NCBI GenBank assembly: GCA_027460535.1 | Contig: JAPZAR010000027.1 | Span: 240,001-272,000, forward strand | Direction of reading: 5' to 3' | Length of the DNA: 32,000 bases | From: Candidatus Methanoperedens sp. | GTDB lineage: Archaea; Halobacteriota; Methanosarcinia; Methanosarcinales; Methanoperedenaceae | Part shown: piece after piece, positions 17,463 through 26,500 of the stretch | How the letters are laid out: the number at the start of each line of letters is the position of its first letter | Numbering within the stretch: the stretch's first letter is position 1 | Made by a program: the position numbers and the translations under genes | The notes under the pieces: model-generated | Databases searched by the model: none | Told to the model about the DNA's origin: nothing | What the model saw: the letters and a program-made list of their open reading frames with translations, nothing else

Positions 17463-17520
17463 GGGGCTGGGGCGCGGGATGGGTATGCGGGGGGCTGAGA
17501 TGATGGGAGGAAATAAGGGG
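17463..17520 (+). promoter_or_regulatory. G-run cluster (potential G-quadruplex) on the coding strand just upstream of the likely start of the giant gene
   Basis: Read directly: GGGG ct GGGG cgc GGG at GGG tatgc GGGGGG ... GGG agg ... GGGG, ending 3 nt before ATG 17524. The first five runs satisfy G3+ with loops of 1-7 nt. Confidence 0.5.
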
Positions 17521-17523
17521 TCG

Positions 17524-20500
17524 ATGAAATTAAGTTTGAAGTTAATGATATCTAAAAATTATAGGAAAATCGTAACTAAAAGATTTCCTAAAATAATATA
17601 TATTTTATTTTTGATATTTACGATTATTCTATTAAGTTCTGGAAATGCCTACGGTTATGACTGGCCTATTAAGAATGCTCATCCAATAACTGCTGTTCTT
17701 GGAGAGTATAGGACTGGACCTCCTAAACATTTGCATACGGGAATTGATATTGGAGGAGCTGAAGGTACAGAAGTATATTCTGTAGAAACTGGCAAAGTTA
17801 CAAAAGTATCGATTAGTGCTGATAAAAACTCATATATCACAATAGGCAATTTCAAATATCAACATATTAAAGAATATATTTATAAAGATTTTGTAGAGGT
17901 TTTATCGGATGGAAGTGAAGAGGAATATCATATTGGAACATCGATAAAAATACAAACTGATTCGAGTCATAAAAATGACGTGGAAATTGTAGCCGCTAAT
18001 TCTGGATTACTCAAAAAAGGTTTACCAACTCTCTATGAATCAGATAAGATTTTTTATGTTCCAATTACTCAACCTATTGCAGTAACCAGAGATTATCCAG
18101 ATTCAAATGGAAATCTGGGCACCTCGGCAGGAGATCATCTACATTTTGAAGAAAACGAAGGGGGATTAAATCCATTAAGGATTGGGGGATTACAATCTTT
18201 TTCAGATACTTCAAAACCCAAAATCAATAATATTGAGATAGTAGAACAAGGGAGTGGTAATGCTCTTGGAAATTCAATTTATGGCAAAGTTGACATCAAA
18301 GCAGATGCTAAGGACTCAATTAGTGGAGGCAGTCAAACAGTGGGTGTTTACAAGATTGGATATCTTATTCAGAATTCCAATACATATCAAATCAATCAGG
18401 ATTGGACATACAATATTGAATTTGATAAAATATCTGGTTATAACCTTGATTTAATTTATGATAGTGGATCTACTAGTTCTAAATATATTTATTGGGTAAC
18501 AAACACTCCTTATGAAAACAAATTTTGGAATACAAAGCAAAAATTGAGCGGAAGCGAAACGGATGATGCCCAAAATAATCAGGAAGCTAAGTTTCCTGAT
18601 GACGTCTATTGGATATGGGTAGATGCACGGGATATAAGTGGGAAGGATGATGTAGATAATATCGAAAAAAGAGTGGATAACTTTCCACCTCAAATAAAAA
18701 ATACATATCCAGATTCAAATGAAATCAATGTTCCTGTTGATGCAGATATTAAAATAACATTTGATGAAGAAATGGATAAAAATTCGATATCTCTATCAAT
18801 TTCTCCCAACATTGCTGGAACTTTCAGTTGGAGCAATAATAATAGAAATCTGGTTTTCGAACCAACTGTAGAACTCCGACCAGCAACTGAGTATACTGTG
18901 AAAGTGGATGGCAAGGATACTGTGAGTAAAAGTATTGATGGGGATAAGAATGGAAACGAAGGTCCATCATATGAGTTTAAATTTAAAACCTCTACCTGTA
19001 CAATAAAAATAGACCATCCATTTTATAATATTCCAGATGGTCAAACTCAGACTCATCATATAAAAGTTAAAAATGAAGGGATTCCTTCAGCAAAACTGCC
19101 CATAACTCTTAGTACAGTCATCAATAATGCCGGTCAATGGACTGTAATTGACGGAGTTAATGGTCAGCAAGTAAACATTCCTATCGGTCAAGAATCCCAA
19201 GAATATCCTATCGTTGTAACAAACAATGGAGCATCGCACGACCTTGATATGACAATCAAAGGAGATGCCAACGGCTTCTCATGCACATATGAATTATACG
19301 ATGGAACCCCTGCCACTGACCACATCGCCGACCACCCCGACGACAGCTTCATAATCTCCGGTTCCAACTACCCCACACCCTGGCTTGTTGACACCGAATC
19401 CAGCACAGGCATCCTCAAGACCGGATGGGGAGAGGGAATGGGTCATGTGCTGGGCAAATATAACATCAGCACTGCCATTGTCAAACCAGATCTCACAATC
19501 CTTAATGAGCCATACCGCGAGCTTAATGATCTCAAAGTGCTGCTCGTCGGCTCAGCAGGTCTCACCGGTCTTGATAGTTCTCCAACTTTCAGGAAGAAGC
19601 TTGCAGACTTTGTCGATAACGGAGGCACGCTTGTAGCGCTTACGAGCCAGAACGGATATGAGTTCAATGCGCTGCCGGGCGGGGAGGTTTCGGGATATGG
19701 GTGGAACGAGGATCAGAGCTGTCAATACCAGTCGGTTTCTCTGAACACTTATCATTCTGTACTCTCTGGTCAGGAATCAACCACGCCGAGCATCAACATT
19801 GATGGTTACTTCACAAAATGGCCTAATAATTCCAAAATACTGCTCACAAGAACTAAAAACGGTATGCCTGCAATGATAATGTACGACTATGGAAGAGGGC
19901 ATGTCGTTGCGTCAGCAATGTATGATGATTGGGCATATGGCACATCAGGAGCCACAAATGATGGAATGAATCTTATCAGGGACGTTGTGACCTGGGCGAA
20001 AAATCCTGTGGAACTTGTAGATTATGCGCCTTCTGACATGGTTAACATAACTGTAAATGTTACAAATAGATTGGATTCAAATGTCAGCAATGTGAGCTTG
20101 AGATTGATCGATCCTGAAAGAAAATTTGTCGGGACAGTCAATGCTTCTGTTTTTATAGCATCATGGGATACCGTGCCTGTTAACTTCACCTACATTGCGC
20201 CTTCTAAACTTGGAATTTACACTATCGATTACTTGCTGAGCAATGAATCAGGAGCGATGGTGCAGGAAGAATTTGACGCAGCCAGCTTTTCAGTTTCAAA
20301 ATTCAAATCCAATCCATCCGGCTTTACGAATCAGGGCAGTAAACTCCAGATATGGGCAAATGCGCCTGAAAAAGCTGCAAAAGGGTCTGAGATATTATTC
20401 CGCATATATGTGCGAAATGATGAAGAAACTGAATTCAAAGGAAATATCGCTATAGGCGGTCATGAACAGGGAGGTCTCTTCTGGAGATATTACACCGCAT

Positions 20501-23500
20501 TGCGCGACATTTCAGTACCTCCTCATTCTGTTGGGGAGTTTACCTATACATATGATATCATGTTGTCCACGAGCTTTTATTTCGGGCTTTACAGGCAGGG
20601 CGCTAACTATGAAAACCAGTGGTTCCATTCAGGTTCAATTGCATCGAGTGAAAAAGGAGTATGGGTTTTTAATCCGCTTGTTGATGTTGAATTGCGAACT
20701 GATATGAGCCAGTACGGGAAAGGAGATGAGGTTTTTATATTTTCAGACTTCATTAATAAGCAAGGCTCTGATTATAACTTATCTGCCAATTTCAAGATTC
20801 TTGATCCGGATAATAGTATTATTTTTGAAAATACTACTGATTTGAACCTTTCCTCATATGAAACAAAATCATTATATTTTAATTATTCTCTTCCAAATAA
20901 ATCAAAATCAGGTTTTCATGTGATAAACGTTGAGGTCTTCAGGAATAACGAAAAGATCGGATACGGCTCAACATATTTTGAGGTTGGATCTGCTTATTTA
21001 AAAATTAATATTTCAAAGCCTGAGATGATAGTTCCAGGGGCAATCAACACCTTTTTCTTCAATATAACCAACATTGGATTAGGAAATGCATCTGATAGCA
21101 GGCTGAATATAACATTATTGAATCCTGCTGGAAATGCTATTTTCAGCAACAGCACGTTTCTCAATATTTCGATAAATCAGAGCGTCATATACTCCATAGA
21201 TGTTCCTGTGAATGAAATTGACTTCGGGAAATATGTATTAAAATACTCGTTGAATCAAGAAAAACTGGACATAAAAGGTGAAATACCTCTGCAAAATTCC
21301 GACATCATTACACTTAATTTCGATAAGCCATCTTATCGAATAAGAGATGATCTCGGTGCAGTTTTAAGCATAGTTAATAAAGGGTTATTTTACCAGAATC
21401 TTTCCGTGAACATCTCGATACCTGATGCCAATTTCTCAAAAAATGAATCGTTCGAAATTCAGCCGGGCAAGACTTTAACAAATGATCTAAATCTGACACT
21501 GCCAGATAATTTAACACTTGGAAACTATCCTGTAAATGTCACACTTGCCCTCAATAATACATTCTCTAAAGCCTTCACTTTTAATATACCTGAGTCTAAC
21601 CTGAAAGCATCGTTTGAAGTCCTCAATGTGTCCGCAGGAGAAAACTTGAGCGTAAACATAGAGAATACCGGAGGCGTGGATACTACTGTAAATTATACTC
21701 TTACTTTGAATGGAAATGGCTACTACAACTCTACAAACGGCAGTATCACGGTTTTGGCAAATGTTTCAAGTAATGTTAATTTACCACTTCATTCGGGTCT
21801 GAAAAATGGAAACTATATCTTTGCTTTGACTTATAAGAATTCAAGAACCGGAACATGGGATTACTTGAAAAAACAGGTGCATGTAAATGGGGTTGAAGGA
21901 GATGTAAAAGTCTCAAATGATCGAAGAATTTATTTAACTGATAATGTTATTGAGTCACTTTCAAATCTTACAAATCTCAATAAGACTAACATTAATGGTA
22001 CGCTGAATCTCAGGATATATTCTCCTGATAAAATAGTTACTCCAATCCCATATTCAGCATCCGCTGACATCGGACTCAACAAGAATTTCATAGTACAAGT
22101 TGATAATGACACATTGAGTAGCGGTTGGTATTATCGCAATTTTAATTATCATATTTATATGAACAATATCGACGATTCCAGCGACACAATTCTGTCTGGT
22201 CTCAGGTTCAGCGTGCGAGCAGATAATATTACGAATGTCGGATCGCAGCAGTATGCAACATGGAATGAGACATCAGTGGACTGGATATTTCCTCCTGACC
22301 AAGTCATACAGGAAAACGATGGTTTTAGCACGGGTTTTGATGTTAATTATCCAGAATCGAAATACTTGAATGTCAACATGGGTAGATGGATGAACCAGAC
22401 AGAATTTAGTTCAACTGGCTATCAGCTTGCGATGTTTAATGTTACTTTTGAGGATACTGACTTTATGTGGGTTAATGGTAATATCTGGCCCGGAGTCGGT
22501 TGGGGAGTAAATGCATCTATTGTTCCCGGTACATTCATCACTGATGCCCCTGTACGCAACGTCGTTGAAAGGGAAAATAATGTCATGATTGAGTTCGATA
22601 AACAACGAATCGAAACTGGAGTTACATACAACTTCTCCGTTATCATTAGAGTAGAGCCTCCAAACGAGAGGACAGTAGTATTCTATAAACCATCATTCAA
22701 TATCGATATGGGTTATTCCCATGTCAATGTACCCGGAGGATTGGGATTTACTGCAGAAATACCTTCTTCTATGCTTCCAGAGCATGTAAGTTCTATTTCT
22801 GCATCAACAAACATCTTTAATTCGTGGCAGAGTATATGGGTCAATGACTACGAAGTTATCGGATGGCTCAATAGTGTTGCAAGAACAACAACAATAGGAA
22901 CAAGTCTCCCCAATACGGATCATGAAACTGTGAGATCTACGTACTATGGATCGACATCAACCCCAACACTCACCGCCGCGCTCTCCAACTCCGGTGGCAG
23001 TACCTGGCAGTTTTATGCAGATATAACGATAAACAACACAGGCGGTGCGTTGAGCGCTTACCAGGTGCCAGTTAGTCTCAACGGCAGCAGTTTCCCAACA
23101 AATGTGCAGAACAGCGGCGCAGACATCAGGTTCACAGATGCAAACGGTGCTGAGTTGAGCTACTGGATTGAAAGCTGGGATTATGCAAACAAACGCGCCA
23201 AAATCTGGGTGAATGTCACGAGCATACCTGCGAGTGGAAGCACGACCATAAGAATGTGGTATGAGAATCCAGTCGCAACGAGTTCAAGTAATGGAAAAGC
23301 CACATTTGTGTTTTTTGATGATTTCGAGAATGGTAATCTGAATGATACATGGGTTTCAGGTGATATATGTGATGGCAATACAATAACTGTCGAGCAAGGA
23401 AGAGTTAAATCAACAAGCAATTGTGATTTTATAGAGACTTTACAACAGTTTTCAGGAAATCTGGCAGTAACAGTAGATGTTGAAAAAGTTTCAATCGCGA

Positions 23501-26500
23501 ATAGTGGGTGCTGGGACTTTCATCTCAAATGGAATGGTAATAATGCACAAGGTGCGTTAAGATTCGATCAAGATGGAGTTGATGGAATAAGTATTGGTAA
23601 TAACTGTGGGAATGAATATAATATTCCTGCCTCTAATCCAAACAAAGGAAATATAACTTTATTTGCAGAAGGGGGGAACTATAAATTCAAATACACTGAC
23701 TTAAATGGCGTTTCATTGGTCACAGACGATTATCCAGCAAGTTCATACTTAGGAAAGTTAAAAATAGACCTTGCAGGATATGAATCTGCGCCCCGCTATG
23801 TAGATAATGTCAGGATTCGTAAATATACCTCACATGAACCGACATTACCAGGCGAATACTCAACGGCAGAACCTACTTATACACCCCTCCCAACACCACC
23901 AGCGGACGTTTGGATACAAAATCCTGCGAACGAGCACTATTATAAAATAATAACGTCCATGAATTGGTCAGAAGCAGAAGCCCAGGCAGTGACATGGGGA
24001 GGGCATCTTGTTACTATAAATGACAGAGAAGAGGAATTATGGTTGAAAAATCAGTTTGGAGAGGAGGATTTTTGGATAGGGTTTAATGACATACAGGGAG
24101 AGGGGAATTGGGAATGGGTTAGCGGAGAACCTGTAACTTATACAAACTGGGCTCAAGGAGAGCCAAACAATAATGGAGTAGGAGAAAATGCCGCAGTTAT
24201 GAACTGGGGTACAGACGGAGATAGCTGGAATGATTTACCAGAAGAAGGCAATAGTCGAGGTATTGTTGAAAGAATTACAGTTCCCCCCAGTACAAATCCA
24301 AACCAAAGTTATTTCGTCTGGAATACCACCATCCCCGTTGACATCCCACCTGAAGGCATGACCATTCCGGTAAGTGTAAATATTGCTTCAGCTTTGAATA
24401 AAACCACTGGCAGGCTTGTGCTGGAGGCAGTGCTATATTCTAATTCCAGCCAGGTATTAAGCTCTTCCAATTACACTTTTTACGTATTCGATACAAATAC
24501 CACAATATCGCTTGAAACAGATAAAGAAGTTTATAGACCCGGGGAATCTGTGGTTATCAGCGGGGAGATCAAGAACTGGGCAGATGCTCCTACATCCAAT
24601 CTAAATTTTGTGCTGGATGCCGATGGTAATGAACTTCTCACTGAAACTTTCCTGCTCGCTGCTGGGGAAACAAGAAGTTTCAGTTCGGTTTATTCCTCTA
24701 ATACTTCATTTAATATCAATGCAGGCATTGGTGATATTAAAATATCCCAGCCTGTTGAGGTTGAAGCGCCTCTTCTTGTGGTTAACATCACTTCGCCAGA
24801 TGTCGCTGGCAGAGGGGAATTTATTGTTGCCGCTCTCCTTGAGAATCCCGGCAAACTGGTCATTAATGAGACTCTGGACGTTGAAGGAAATATCTACAAT
24901 GTAAGCATTCATGGAGGAGAGAGTAAACTAATAGAAACTCCTTTTATTATAAACAAGAATAAAACAATCAACATAACTTTGCTTGGCGATGTTGATCTCA
25001 CACTTTCCCGATTCGTAATATTCGGGGAAAATGCAAGCCTGAAGGTATCACCAGAAATATATTCCCCTGGACATTTTGAGGTGCCTTACAATATTGAGAA
25101 TACTGGCAGTTTGGAGACAGAGTTCAATGCAAACTTCAGCCTTGAAGATAAAATAATTGAAAAAGCAGTATATCTTCCTGTGGGTGGAAACTTCTCAGGA
25201 AGCCTGATTTTTAATCTTTCTGAAGGCAATTATATTTTAAATTATACAACGCCCTTCGAGACAGGAAACGTCAGCTTTAGAGTTGCAAAGATGGATATTG
25301 CAGGAATGAATGCTACGATTCCTGAGAAGGCAATCGGGAATATTCTTGCTGTTGTGGTTAATGTCTCTAATATGGGTGCCAACAACTTTACAGGAAATAT
25401 TGAGATAGACACAGGCTTTTATTCAAATAATAGTTTATTGGTCCTCAATGTCAGTGAGAAACGAAGTCTGATTTTAAAAGTTCCAACATTAATCCCGGGC
25501 GTGTTCAATGCTACTGTAAGACTGCTTCACAATGGCAATATCATAGAGGAAAAAGTTGGAGAGTTTGAAGTTCTCGGCCCTGAATTTACAGTAACAAGCG
25601 CGCCCACAAACCTGAACTACAGGCTTGGGGAGAATGTAACTATGAGCTTTGGTGTTTTAAACACCGGAGGTATGGAAGGTACAGCAGGACTCAACCTGAC
25701 TATCCCGGGCATCTACGAGAATAACAATAATTCCTGGGTCGCGCCCGGTGAAGTGAAGAACTTGAGCTTTAGCTTCATCCTGCCTGAAGACCTTGAAGAA
25801 AAGAGCTACAAATTCTTATATGGCTTTAACGGTGACATGCAGGAAGGAAGCTTCTTTGTCAAGGGCGCCAGCATTTCGGTTGAAGCTGCGCTTGATAAGC
25901 CTTTTTATAACGAAGGCGATACTGCGGTTTTAACATTACCTGTTAAGAACAACCAGGACTTTGACTTGCCTTTATTCTCCAGAGTGAAATTCAATGACTA
26001 TGATAATATCACCTATTTCAAGCTCTCAGGCTCAGGCAGCGAGACTTTGACCTTTAATGTTCCCGTTCATTTCACTGGAGATAAGATATTCTACAGCGTT
26101 TACATGGCTTCGGGAAGATCTCTCTATATCAATTCCATGTATGCCTATGAAAAGCCAAAAGATGACAGCGGTATAACCCTTTATACAGACAAGCAGGTAT
26201 ACTTAACAGGTGAAACTGTAAATGTGTTTGTCAACGTCACCGGAGACGGTACATTAAACATGACAGCACCGGGCTTCAGTACCACAAGGTCATTGACAGC
26301 AGGCGATTCTACAGTAATTAGCTTTACCCTGCCTGAGCTTAAGTCTGGCACATACTACATCGAATATACATTTGGAAACTTCTCTTCATCCTATCCATTT
26401 GATGTTGACGGCTATTCAGCAAAGATACTTGAGTTCACTCTGGATAAAGAAATCTATGATATCGGCGATACCATGAACATGAAAATGCTTGTGGATGCGA

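Noticed and set aside
17419-17523. N-terminal extension of the giant ORF from GTG 17419 (MGVSLRIRVMAILCAGLGRGMGMRGAEMMGGNKGS)
   Set aside because: The 35 codons are Gly/Arg/Met-rich as a by-product of the G-run cluster and precede a well-formed signal/anchor starting at ATG 17524, which has GGGAGG and AAGGGG upstream. I treat the region as leader, but the start is not proven.
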